A stretch of DNA of 33,780 nucleotides from Candidatus Heimdallarchaeota archaeon (GCA_016840095.1 JAEOSZ010000094.1:1-33780); one strand, 5' to 3'. Positions 20,590-29,941 are shown, counted from the first letter of the stretch. The notes: generated from the sequence alone by a model not told the origin. A program made the numbers and translations.

Positions 20590-21810
20590 ATGGGTGAAAA
20601 AGCAAGGAAGGGAGTAAAAAAAGAATTACTAAAAAAAACTCCTTTTGGTTATGTATATAAAGCGACTAACATCAAAAATTGGAAAATCTATATTGGTAAA
20701 GCCAAGGAAGGTAGAACTGGAAGAGGAAAAAACGCAATTGAAAAGCGTTGGAACGAGGAAATTGAGAGAGCTAGACGATTAGAACGTTGGAATAAAGAAC
20801 ACCCCATGGAGAAAAAGAGAATACGTTATATTGAGAATGCTATAAATAAATATGGAGAAGAGAGTTTTAGATTGGAAGAGGTAGATGTAGCATTTACTAA
20901 AAACGAGTTGAATGAGAAAGAAAGATATTGGATAAACTATTTTGAATCAAGACATCACTCTAAAGGTTATAACTTGAGAGATGGGGGTGAGGGTGGATCT
21001 CATCACGAAAAAACAAAAGCGCTATTATCTAAAAAAGCTCAAGAAAACATAAAAAATCCAGAATACTTGAAAAAACTATCACTTGCTACAAAGAATCTGT
21101 GGAAGGATGAAACATATCAAAAAAAAGTGAGAAAAGGAGTTCAGGAGAAATATAAAGAAAAGGAATATTTGGAGAAGCAAATAAAAGAAAGAAGAACAAG
21201 AGCAAAAAATCCAAAGTGGATAAAAAAGATGTCTCGAATTAATAGAGATAGGAGTAAAGATCCAATATGGAGAAAAAAGCTCAGTAATTATAGTCTCGAA
21301 AAATGGAGGGAACGAGAATATGTTAAGAGACAACTAAAGTCTAGGGAAGCAAAAAGAAAGGTTATTGAAGATAAAGAAGAGTTCCTAAAAGATATAACAA
21401 AGATGCAGAAAAAAGATATTGATGCAAAGTATGGTATGACCAGTAAAACAACCAATAGATATATTCAACGGATACTTGGTCATCAAGGAGTAACAAACTT
21501 TACTCAAGCAAGGGATTACTTGGAAAATAGGAATTTAGTTGATGTTCTAGAGGATATTGAAAATAATAAAGAAAGACTATTTAAGGAAAAAATTGAGAAA
21601 AGAAAAAAACTAGATGACAAAAAGCAATTCTTACAAGATATAAAAGAAATGGAGAAAAAAGATATTGATGCAAAGTATGGTATAACCAGCAAAACAACCA
21701 ATAGATATATTCAACGGATACTTGGTCATCAAGGAGTAACAAACTTTACTCAAGCAAGAAATTATCTGAAAAATAAGAATCTAGCTGAAGTTCTAGAGGA
21801 TATAAGATAA
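20590..21810 (+). CDS. Free-standing GIY-YIG endonuclease with helical repeats and a duplicated C-terminal HTH-like module
   Basis: GYVY...IYIG, conserved Arg (KRW), Glu (NEKERYWI) and GYN motifs; very Lys/Glu-rich. Confidence 0.88.
   Translation: MGEKARKGVKKELLKKTPFGYVYKATNIKNWKIYIGKAKEGRTGRGKNAIEKRWNEEIERARRLERWNKEHPMEKKRIRYIENAINKYGEESFRLEEVDVAFTKNELNEKERYWINYFESRHHSKGYNLRDGGEGGSHHEKTKALLSKKAQENIKNPEYLKKLSLATKNLWKDETYQKKVRKGVQEKYKEKEYLEKQIKERRTRAKNPKWIKKMSRINRDRSKDPIWRKKLSNYSLEKWREREYVKRQLKSREAKRKVIEDKEEFLKDITKMQKKDIDAKYGMTSKTTNRYIQRILGHQGVTNFTQARDYLENRNLVDVLEDIENNKERLFKEKIEKRKKLDDKKQFLQDIKEMEKKDIDAKYGITSKTTNRYIQRILGHQGVTNFTQARNYLKNKNLAEVLEDIR
21001..21357 (+). repeat. Seven in-frame 17-aa (51-bp) degenerate repeats within the GIY-YIG gene
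   Basis: HHEKTKALLSKKAQENI / KNPEYLKKLSLATKNLW / KDETYQKKVRKGVQEKY / KEKEYLEKQIKERRTRA / KNPKWIKKMSRINRDRS / KDPIWRKKLSNYSLEKW / REREYVKRQLKSREAKR. Confidence 0.8.
21411..21803 (+). repeat. Intragenic direct duplication with a 246-bp period (82 codons)
   Basis: A 68-bp identical core at 21445-21512 and 21691-21758, with near-identical flanks. Confidence 0.95.
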
Positions 21811-21914
21811 AATAACATAGTCATCACGATTTTACTTCATTCTTACACACTTTCTTTTTCTTTTGTTTTCGAAAATAGATAAACTTCATATAGACTTTTC
21901 AATCTTTTTTATTC

Positions 21915-23252
21915 ATGTTAAACCAAGCTGAAGCTTTTCTTGGGAATTTTGAAAAATTAGAATTGGTTACTTGTAGTTATAGCATTTCAAATATAACTCA
22001 AGTGTCATTTATACAAGATGGGTTTGATGTTTACATCACTGGTTTAACAAACCAAATCCATATCGAACAGATAAAATATAATCCAAAAGTAAATCTTCAG
22101 TTTGGGGATAAGGAAATTAATCTAAAGTACCAGGGCAGAGCAAAAATCATTAAAGCTAATGACATCGATGAAGAGCGACTCAAGAAACTGATAAAAGCTG
22201 ATTCAATTTCTCAAGAAGGAATTTTTTCTCCTGTTCTAGTAAAAATTGTGCCAGTGGAAATTAGAGTCGAAAAATGGAGCTTCAATCACAAGTTTCTAGA
22301 AAACAAACCTAACTTAGTAAAAGAAATTGTTCGCTCAATCGGAACTTCATCTAAAATCTGGTTCAGGGCAACACGACTTTCATTTGTAACAGTAAGCTTA
22401 ATGGGTGTTTTCGTTGGAACTGCAATATCCTTTTTTGAAACAGGAAATCTGAATTCCTGGCTAAACTTTCTATTAGCTCTTATTGGTATCGCATTCTTCC
22501 ACATAGCTATTGATTTGTTAAACGACTTCTCAGACCATCAATCTGGTCTAGATGAGACCAACGTTCATTTGACTCCTTTTTCTGGAGGATCAAGAATGAT
22601 TCAAAGTAAGTTGTTTTCTCCAGTAAAAGTATTGATAGGGGCAATTTTCAGTTTATCAATTTGTTTAGCAATTGGTCTGTATCTTAATTTTACAGTAAAT
22701 GGAAATATTATACTTTATATTGGATTAGCAGGAGCATTTTTAGGAATTTTTTATGTTGGAGCTCCCATCAAATTGGTTTATTATGGTTTAGGAGAGCTTG
22801 CTATCTTCTTAAGTTTTGGACCTGGAATAGTATATGGTTCATACTACCTGCAACAGAATGAAACTTTTTCATTTAATCCTCTCCTTATATCTATCTTAAT
22901 CGGTTTATTGATTTCATTGATTCTTTATATCAATCAATTCCCTGATTATGAGGCAGATAAAGCTAAGAAAAAACTGAACTGGGTTGTTCTTCTAGGGAAG
23001 AAAAAAGCTAGACATGTTTATACTTTTTTTATGGGGCTAACATATACACTACTAATTGTTTTTTCGATTCTAAACATCTTACCACTTCTGAGTTTAATTG
23101 TTCTTATCTCAATTCCTTTGCCCATTGTAGCAATTATTTATACATACAAAAATTATGAAAATTATCTAGCTATGATTCCAGCTTCAGCAATGACAATTCT
23201 AACCTGTTTAGCTTTTTCAACACTTCTTGGAATATCCTTATTTGTTGCTTGA
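21915..23252 (+). CDS. menA: MenA-like UbiA prenyltransferase with an extra N-terminal PNPOx-like split-barrel domain
   Basis: WFRATR, NDFSD, PFSGGSR, NQFPDYEAD and multiple TM segments. The N-terminal ~120 aa contain QIKYNPKVNL...QGRAKII. Confidence 0.8.
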   Translation: MLNQAEAFLGNFEKLELVTCSYSISNITQVSFIQDGFDVYITGLTNQIHIEQIKYNPKVNLQFGDKEINLKYQGRAKIIKANDIDEERLKKLIKADSISQEGIFSPVLVKIVPVEIRVEKWSFNHKFLENKPNLVKEIVRSIGTSSKIWFRATRLSFVTVSLMGVFVGTAISFFETGNLNSWLNFLLALIGIAFFHIAIDLLNDFSDHQSGLDETNVHLTPFSGGSRMIQSKLFSPVKVLIGAIFSLSICLAIGLYLNFTVNGNIILYIGLAGAFLGIFYVGAPIKLVYYGLGELAIFLSFGPGIVYGSYYLQQNETFSFNPLLISILIGLLISLILYINQFPDYEADKAKKKLNWVVLLGKKKARHVYTFFMGLTYTLLIVFSILNILPLLSLIVLISIPLPIVAIIYTYKNYENYLAMIPASAMTILTCLAFSTLLGISLFVA

Positions 23253-23269
23253 GAAAAATGTGAACATCC

Positions 23270-24544
23270 TTAGTTTACGATTTTTTTTCCATCTTTTATT
23301 ATGATTTTCCCATTTTTGAAAACAGCATCAGTATGATTAACTCCTAGCTGATAAGGAATAGAAGCAACACTTGGTAAATCTAAAATTAAAATGTCGGCTT
23401 TATTTCCAATGTCTAATGTTCCAATTTCATTTTCTCTGTTCAATGCCCTAGCTCCACCATAGGTAGCTGCTTTTAAGGCCTCTTCGGGAAGCATCTTCAT
23501 CATGAAACAACCCAATCCAATAACTAATTGCATATTCAAAATGTAACAATTTGGGTTAAAATCAGAAGATAACGCAACTTCAACTCCTGCATCTTTAAAC
23601 ATTTGATAATTTGCATACTTCTTTAGCATCAGTACAAAAGGAGTTGCAGGTAGAAGATTCGCAACTACATTAGCTTGAGCCATCACATTAGCTGATACTG
23701 CTTCAGCATAGAGCAGATGATCTGCAGAAACTGCACCCATTTCAGCTGCCATAAGAGCTGCACCAACATTTTCTAGCTCATCAGCATGTACCCTTGATTT
23801 GAATCCAAAGGATTTAGCATCTTCCAAAAATTGCTGTGACTCCTCAACAGAGAAAGCTCCTTTATCAGTCCAAATATCGACAAACTCAGCAAGTTGTTGT
23901 CCTTTTATCTGAGGAAGGAGCTGTGTCATGCTTTCAATATACTCCCATTGATTGCCTAGAAAATCAGCTGGTTTAATATGACAACCAAGAAAGGTAGGAA
24001 TAATATCGATTGGATGTTTTTCATTCACTTCTTTGATTACTTCTAGAATTTTGATCTCAGTTTTTGCATCCAAACCATATCCAGATTTTGCTTCAATTGT
24101 AGTTGTTCCATGTAAAAGCATTTCATCCAGTCTTTGAAGTGCTAATTGCTCAAGCTCTGATTTTGTAGCCTCTCTTGTTTTTTTAACTGAAAACATTATT
24201 CCTCCACCACTTTGAGCTACTTCTAGATATGATTTTCCTTGTATTTTCATTCTCAGCTCATGTGATCTGTCTCCAGCAAATACCAGATGAGTGTGTGAAT
24301 CTACAAAACTTGGGCACACTGTTTTCTTCTTTTTACAATCTATTACCTCATGATCAAACTTTGAGTAATTAGATAGGATGTTTGAAGTCTCACCAATTGC
24401 TTCAATCAGTCCATCTTTTATAACAATAGCATCTGGAATTTCATTTGAGTAGATTGGTTCATATTTGGTAACAGGCCCCAGATATAATTCAGAAGCGTTA
24501 GTAATGATTATTCCTTCTTTCTCCTTATTCTGCATGAATCTCAA
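23270..24544 (-). CDS. hutI: Imidazolonepropionase
   Basis: DSHTHLVFAGDR, GTTTIEAKSGYG, HADEL, SADHL, SDFNP. Confidence 0.95.
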   Translation of the reverse strand: MRFMQNKEKEGIIITNASELYLGPVTKYEPIYSNEIPDAIVIKDGLIEAIGETSNILSNYSKFDHEVIDCKKKKTVCPSFVDSHTHLVFAGDRSHELRMKIQGKSYLEVAQSGGGIMFSVKKTREATKSELEQLALQRLDEMLLHGTTTIEAKSGYGLDAKTEIKILEVIKEVNEKHPIDIIPTFLGCHIKPADFLGNQWEYIESMTQLLPQIKGQQLAEFVDIWTDKGAFSVEESQQFLEDAKSFGFKSRVHADELENVGAALMAAEMGAVSADHLLYAEAVSANVMAQANVVANLLPATPFVLMLKKYANYQMFKDAGVEVALSSDFNPNCYILNMQLVIGLGCFMMKMLPEEALKAATYGGARALNRENEIGTLDIGNKADILILDLPSVASIPYQLGVNHTDAVFKNGKIIIKDGKKIVN

Positions 24545-24586
24545 GTTTTAGGCAGAAAAGAAGTTTTTAAAGTTTGCTTAATTATT

Positions 24587-24628
24587 TGAAAAAAGAATAG
24601 AAGGGTGTGAGTGTTTGTATTACACTCA
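24587..24628 (-). terminator. Hairpin plus T-tract between the MIO lyase and hutI
   Basis: tgagtgt (24608-14) and acactca (24622-28) form a 7-bp inverted repeat, followed on the minus strand by ctattctttttt. Confidence 0.5.
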
Positions 24629-24638
24629 AATTAGAATT

Positions 24639-26162
24639 TTAATCTAAGCTTCCAACTTCTTTTTCAACCTCTTCAAGAATCTCACAAGATTTAACAAGAG
24701 CTTTCATTGCATTGTGATCATCAAATAAAGGTCGATCTATATCTAGGAATTCAACATGTCTTCGTATAACTTCTTTAGCTTTAGTTACACCTTTACCAAA
24801 GTTAAATTCTCTGAAGTCTAAAGCTTGAGCAGCAGCCATGAGTTCAATTCCTAAAACACCATAAGCATTATCCATGATTTGGATATTCTTCAAAGCAGTA
24901 TTCATTCCCATTGAGACAAAATCCTCTTGATCTGCTGCAGCTGGAATTGATTGTATACTTGCTGGTGTAGACAGAATTCTCATTTCTACTATTTGCATAT
25001 CAGCTGTATATTGACTAAGCATTAATCCGGACATAAGTCCTCCGTGTTTTGTTAGAAAACCAGGTAGTCCCACACTTAAAGCAGGATGATTCAACCTATT
25101 CATTCTTCTTTCAGACATTACACAAACCATTGTAATTGCTGCACCTACTAAGTCCATTGGTAAGCAAACTGGTGTCCCTTGGAAATTAGCTCCTGTCAAA
25201 GTTAATTTCTCTTCTGTGAAGAAGACAGGGTTATCACCTACACCATTCAGCTCAATTTCTACTTGAGATCTAGCCCAAGCTATGGTGTCATGAGCAGCAC
25301 CTAAAACCTGTGGTGCTGAACGCATTGAGTATGCATCTTGAACCTTAACCTTCAGTTTTCCTTCATATAAATCTCCACCTTTGAAAAGCTTTGAAAGTGC
25401 TTTAGCACACCTCACAGCTCCTGGGAATCCTCTTATTTCATGAAGCTTAGGTGTATATGGTTTCATATTACCCATTAATGCTTCAATTGACATCGCACAT
25501 GCAATTTCTGCCTGTTTCATGAAACGTTCAGCATCATATAGTGTAAGTGCACTCATCGCAGTCAGAAGATTCGACCCATTAATCGCTGCTAAACCATCAC
25601 GTGGTTGCAAACCAGGTATTTCTATACCAGCTCTATCCATAGCTTCTTTCCCTGGTAAGAGTTCACCTTCGTAGAAAGCTCTACCTTCTCCCATTAGTAG
25701 TAAAGCAATTTGAGACATAGGAGATAAATCTCCAGAAGCACCAACTGATCCCTTTTTACAAACCTCTGGTGTAACACCTTTGTTCAACATCTCTACGAAT
25801 GTTTCTGCAATAATTACCCTATTACCTGAATAACCATTCGCTAAAACATTCAATCTTCCTAACATAGCTGCTCTAACATGTTCTATTGGTGCAGGTTCTC
25901 CAATTCCTGCTGCATGATTATATATCAAATATTTCTGAAATAGCAAAACATCCTCATCTGACAATATAGTTTCTGAGAATTCTCCTATTCCAGTTGTTAT
26001 ACCATACATGATTTCTTTTGCTGCTATTTTCTCTTCAATCATATCTCGACATTTCTGCATTCGATCGATTGCATCAGGATGCAACTCTACCTTTTCATTG
26101 TATCGAGCAACATTAACAACATCTTCAATTGTTAACCCTTTACCAGTTATTACATAGGTCAT
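24639..26162 (-). CDS. MIO-dependent aromatic amino-acid ammonia-lyase/aminomutase, HAL-like but with a non-canonical active site
   Basis: GSVGASGDL (MIO), YGITTGIGEF, LIYNHAAG, QDAYSMR, GANFQGTP, DQEDFVSMG. Confidence 0.85.
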   Translation of the reverse strand: MTYVITGKGLTIEDVVNVARYNEKVELHPDAIDRMQKCRDMIEEKIAAKEIMYGITTGIGEFSETILSDEDVLLFQKYLIYNHAAGIGEPAPIEHVRAAMLGRLNVLANGYSGNRVIIAETFVEMLNKGVTPEVCKKGSVGASGDLSPMSQIALLLMGEGRAFYEGELLPGKEAMDRAGIEIPGLQPRDGLAAINGSNLLTAMSALTLYDAERFMKQAEIACAMSIEALMGNMKPYTPKLHEIRGFPGAVRCAKALSKLFKGGDLYEGKLKVKVQDAYSMRSAPQVLGAAHDTIAWARSQVEIELNGVGDNPVFFTEEKLTLTGANFQGTPVCLPMDLVGAAITMVCVMSERRMNRLNHPALSVGLPGFLTKHGGLMSGLMLSQYTADMQIVEMRILSTPASIQSIPAAADQEDFVSMGMNTALKNIQIMDNAYGVLGIELMAAAQALDFREFNFGKGVTKAKEVIRRHVEFLDIDRPLFDDHNAMKALVKSCEILEEVEKEVGSLD

Positions 26163-26325
26163 AATCTTATCCCATTATTTAATTTTAAAAAATCTTTGGA
26201 CGCTTTGTTTAAAATATTTCCCCAATGTAGTTAAAAATTGCAAAAAATAAGATTTTTAGTAAAGATAATTATTTTGAAGGAGCATAACGAATAAATAATA
26301 TAAAAGGTAGGAGTACTAGATAACA

Positions 26326-27870
26326 ATGGGTCAGGAAACTGTAGTTTTAGATGGAGATTCTTTAACAATCAAATCCTTGATTGAAGTAACAAGGAAAGGA
26401 AAATCAGTACAACTAAGTGAAGAAGCTAAAAGAAGAATAAAAGAATCCCGCAAAATAATCGAATCCAAACTTGATAAAGATGAAATAATTTATGGAGTAT
26501 CGACTGGTTTTGGAAAACTATCTGATGCAGTTATTTCTCCTTCAGAAAGAGGAAGTTTACAAACCAACCTAATCAAATCACACAGTATTGGTTTTGGTCC
26601 ATATTTACCTGATGAAATTGTTTTAGGTGCAATGGTTATAGAACTAAATTCCTTTTGTAGAGGAGCAAGTGGAATTCGAATAGATATTGCTGAACTACTT
26701 CAAAAACTAATAAATGAAAAGGTTATTCCACTGGTCCCAAGCATAGGTTCTTTAGGTGCAAGTGGAGATCTTTCACCTCTAGCATACATAGCAAGAATCC
26801 TCATAGGTGAGGGAAAAGCAAGATTCAAGAATGAGGTGTTCAAAGGTGCTGAAATTCTTAACAAAATTGGGGAAAAGCCTATAGATCTGCAAGCAAAGGA
26901 AGGATTATCACTAATAAACGGAACTCATGTATTAACATCATTTGCTGCACACTCAATTTATGATTCAATCAATATTTTAGAAAATTCAGTACTGGCTGTT
27001 GGATTGACCTTAGAAGCTTTTGATGGTAATGCTAAAGCGTTTTCTTCTTTTGTATCCAACTTACGTCCCCATAAAGGACAGATTAAATTTGCTCAAGCTG
27101 TGTTAGATATTCTAGAAGGAAGTAGTTTACTTGTTACTGAACCTAAAAGAATTCAAGATCCATATTCGTTAAGATGTTCTCCACAAGTTCATGGTGCCGT
27201 TCTTGATGTTATTTGCCACTGTAAGAGTGTAGTTGAGACTGAGTTAAATTCAACTACTGATAATCCGCTTATAAATTTAGAAACCTCAGAAGTAATTTCT
27301 GGAGGAAATTTCCATGGGGAACCTGTAGGATTAGCTATGGATTATCTTTCTATTGCAATGACTGATCTGGGAAATATCTCTGAACGAAGAGTTAATCTTC
27401 TATTGGATGCAACAATATCTGGACTTCCCTCATTTCTAATCAAAGAATCAGGATTGAATTCAGGGCTAATGATGATACAGTATGTTGATGCAGCAATTGC
27501 TGCGGAAAATAAAATCCTAGCTTCTCCTGCTTCAATTGATAATATTTCTGTTTCTGCTAACCAAGAAGATCATGTTTCTATGGGTTTTACTGCAAGTAAA
27601 AAGGCCTATCAATTAGTTAGAAACATTGTTCAAATGATTGCTATTGAATTCTATACAGCATATCAAGCTTTAGGATTCAAGAAAGATAGAGAGAAGATAT
27701 CTGAAATTATATTAGAGATTTTTAATTTTATTAGTAAAGATATTCCACTACTAACTGAAGACAAATTCTTTGATGAGGAAGTAGATTGGATTGCAGGGAA
27801 AATTGAAAATCGAGTATTTACAGATATGACCAAGAAGAAAATAGGTTTATTTTTTGGTGATCATTTGTGA
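26326..27870 (+). CDS. hutH: Histidine ammonia-lyase
   Basis: YGVSTGFG, LIKSH, GSLGASGDL, QDPYSLRC, GGNFHG, SANQEDHVSMG are all canonical HAL motifs. Confidence 0.93.
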   Translation: MGQETVVLDGDSLTIKSLIEVTRKGKSVQLSEEAKRRIKESRKIIESKLDKDEIIYGVSTGFGKLSDAVISPSERGSLQTNLIKSHSIGFGPYLPDEIVLGAMVIELNSFCRGASGIRIDIAELLQKLINEKVIPLVPSIGSLGASGDLSPLAYIARILIGEGKARFKNEVFKGAEILNKIGEKPIDLQAKEGLSLINGTHVLTSFAAHSIYDSINILENSVLAVGLTLEAFDGNAKAFSSFVSNLRPHKGQIKFAQAVLDILEGSSLLVTEPKRIQDPYSLRCSPQVHGAVLDVICHCKSVVETELNSTTDNPLINLETSEVISGGNFHGEPVGLAMDYLSIAMTDLGNISERRVNLLLDATISGLPSFLIKESGLNSGLMMIQYVDAAIAAENKILASPASIDNISVSANQEDHVSMGFTASKKAYQLVRNIVQMIAIEFYTAYQALGFKKDREKISEIILEIFNFISKDIPLLTEDKFFDEEVDWIAGKIENRVFTDMTKKKIGLFFGDHL

Positions 27871-28724
27871 AATTCTCTATCATCGGTGATTTACATGGAA
27901 GTTCAGTTTACTTGAGATATATAAGACGAAAAATAAAGAAAACAGATGCACTTTTCATAACTGGAGACATTGCTGGAACTCTATCATATCGTTTGATTCT
28001 CAAATCAATTGTGAAGAATAGGAAGATATCTAGAGAAAAATATGCTGAACTAGTATATGGTAAATATCTCTCTGAATTTGTTAAATTTCAGAAAAGAACT
28101 GCAAGTAGAATATTCAAAATTCTCTCCAAAGCAAAAATTCCAATCTTTTTTACTCATGGAAACAGTGACTCAGAAGAAGTATTAGAATTTTTCAAGAAAT
28201 ACACAGAAAGAAATAATCTATTTCATTATATGGGAAATTCAGTAGAGAAGAATAACAATCTAATAGTTGCAGGATATGGTTATTGCTCTCCAGCCGAATA
28301 TAGAACCCCATTTCAGACTCCAGGAGAAAAAAATAACGAGGAAATAATAGAAGATTTGACTTTATTAGAAAATCAAATTCAAAAATATAAGAAGAACAAT
28401 CATAGTCTGATTATTGGATTATTTCATGAACCTCCTAAAAATACAAAACTAGATTTTATTGATTGGAAATCTACACATTCAGGAAGTGATCTGATTCTTA
28501 ATCATTTACTGAATGTTCCCTATGACATAATATTTGCAGGACATATTCATGAATCACAGAATTACGAGATAAAAGATAATAAGATTCTGGTAAATCCTGG
28601 GTCAATTATTAATAGAAAATGGGCAATCGTTGATTCTGATAGCAAGACTGTTTCTTTGAAGAAGATACCATTCATTCTCTCTGTAAAAGGTTTCATCTAT
28701 CGAACCAGAGAAACTTTCAAATAA
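27867..28724 (+). CDS. Calcineurin-like metallophosphoesterase (Icc-related)
   Basis: GDLHG, GDI, GNSD, HEPP, GHIHE, NPG; the GTG start overlaps the hutH stop (GTGA). Confidence 0.88.
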   Translation: MKFSIIGDLHGSSVYLRYIRRKIKKTDALFITGDIAGTLSYRLILKSIVKNRKISREKYAELVYGKYLSEFVKFQKRTASRIFKILSKAKIPIFFTHGNSDSEEVLEFFKKYTERNNLFHYMGNSVEKNNNLIVAGYGYCSPAEYRTPFQTPGEKNNEEIIEDLTLLENQIQKYKKNNHSLIIGLFHEPPKNTKLDFIDWKSTHSGSDLILNHLLNVPYDIIFAGHIHESQNYEIKDNKILVNPGSIINRKWAIVDSDSKTVSLKKIPFILSVKGFIYRTRETFK

Positions 28725-28804
28725 AAATGTAAGAACTAACCGAAAATTTAATAAGGATTCATTTTTACTGTAATTTACTCAAAAATAGTTAAAAGAGAGA
28801 TAGT

Positions 28805-29941
28805 ATGATTCCTGTTGTTGATATAGATATTAAGGAACGTGAAATGAAGGCGGTTCAAGATGTTATAAAGAGTAAATATCTTGTTGAGGGTCCTAATGCG
28901 CGTTCATTTGAAGAAAAATTCGCTAAGTTTAGTGGATCCAAATTCGCTTCAACCATTGTAAATGGAACTTGTGCTTTACATCTTGCTATGGTGGCATTAG
29001 ATATAGGTCCTAAAGACGAAGTAATCACAACTCCATATACGTTTGTAGCATCATCTAATACAATCCTCTTCTCTGGTGCAATACCCATTTTTGCAGATAT
29101 AGATAAGGAAACCTTTAACATAGATCCAGAGAAAATTGAGGAGAAAATTTCTGAAAAAACTAAAGCTATAATGCCAGTTCATATTTTCGGAAATCCTTGC
29201 GATATGAAAGCAATAATGGATATTGCTGAAGATAGAAACTTAATTGTAATTGAGGATTGTGCGCAAGGGCATGGTGCAGCAATAGATGGTACTCATGTAG
29301 GTAATTTTGGAAGTGTAGGTTGTTTTTCCTTTTATGGCACTAAAAATCTTATTGGTGGAGAAGGAGGAGCAGTTATCACAAATGATGAAGAGCTATTTGA
29401 GAAAATGAAGAGTATTAAGAATCATGGTAGAAGTCCAGCAGGTGGATATGATCATTACTTAATTGGTTATAATTATCGTATGACTGATATGACAGCAGCA
29501 ATAATGAATGTTCAGATGGATAGAGCAGATGAAATTATTTCAAAAAGACACGATACAGGAGACAAATACAGAGAAGCACTTAGTGAGTTTAAAGATATAT
29601 TTGTCCAGAAAGTTCTACCAGGACATCAACATTCGGATTACATCATGGCTCCATTGATAGTTAATAACAAATTTTCGCAAAGTGAAGTTATCGAGTATCT
29701 TAAATCTAAAAATGTTGGATCTAGATCGATATACAGTAAACTTGCTTATCAACAGCCTTGTTACCAAGATTTAACCTCATGGCATTTGTCAAGAGTTATT
29801 GATTATCCAGATTATTCAAAAGTTAAATGCTCAACTGCAGAATATGTTGCTCAAAATCATTTTGAAATTCCAATGGTTACGTCATTGACCGATGAATCTA
29901 TCAATTACATTATTGAAGTAATGAATGAATATTTCAATTGA
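28805..29941 (+). CDS. DegT/DnrJ/EryC1/StrS PLP sugar aminotransferase
   Basis: NGTCALH, PVHIFG, EDCAQ, SFYGTKNL, GEGG, GYNYRM. Confidence 0.93.
   Translation: MIPVVDIDIKEREMKAVQDVIKSKYLVEGPNARSFEEKFAKFSGSKFASTIVNGTCALHLAMVALDIGPKDEVITTPYTFVASSNTILFSGAIPIFADIDKETFNIDPEKIEEKISEKTKAIMPVHIFGNPCDMKAIMDIAEDRNLIVIEDCAQGHGAAIDGTHVGNFGSVGCFSFYGTKNLIGGEGGAVITNDEELFEKMKSIKNHGRSPAGGYDHYLIGYNYRMTDMTAAIMNVQMDRADEIISKRHDTGDKYREALSEFKDIFVQKVLPGHQHSDYIMAPLIVNNKFSQSEVIEYLKSKNVGSRSIYSKLAYQQPCYQDLTSWHLSRVIDYPDYSKVKCSTAEYVAQNHFEIPMVTSLTDESINYIIEVMNEYFN

Noticed and set aside
21411-21803. CRISPR-like array
   Set aside because: There are only two copies, in frame within a CDS, with no spacers or cas genes.
20472-21914. 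IS element, intron or intein around the GIY-YIG gene
   Set aside because: No terminal inverted repeats, target duplication or transposase were seen by eye, and the flanking genes are uninterrupted.
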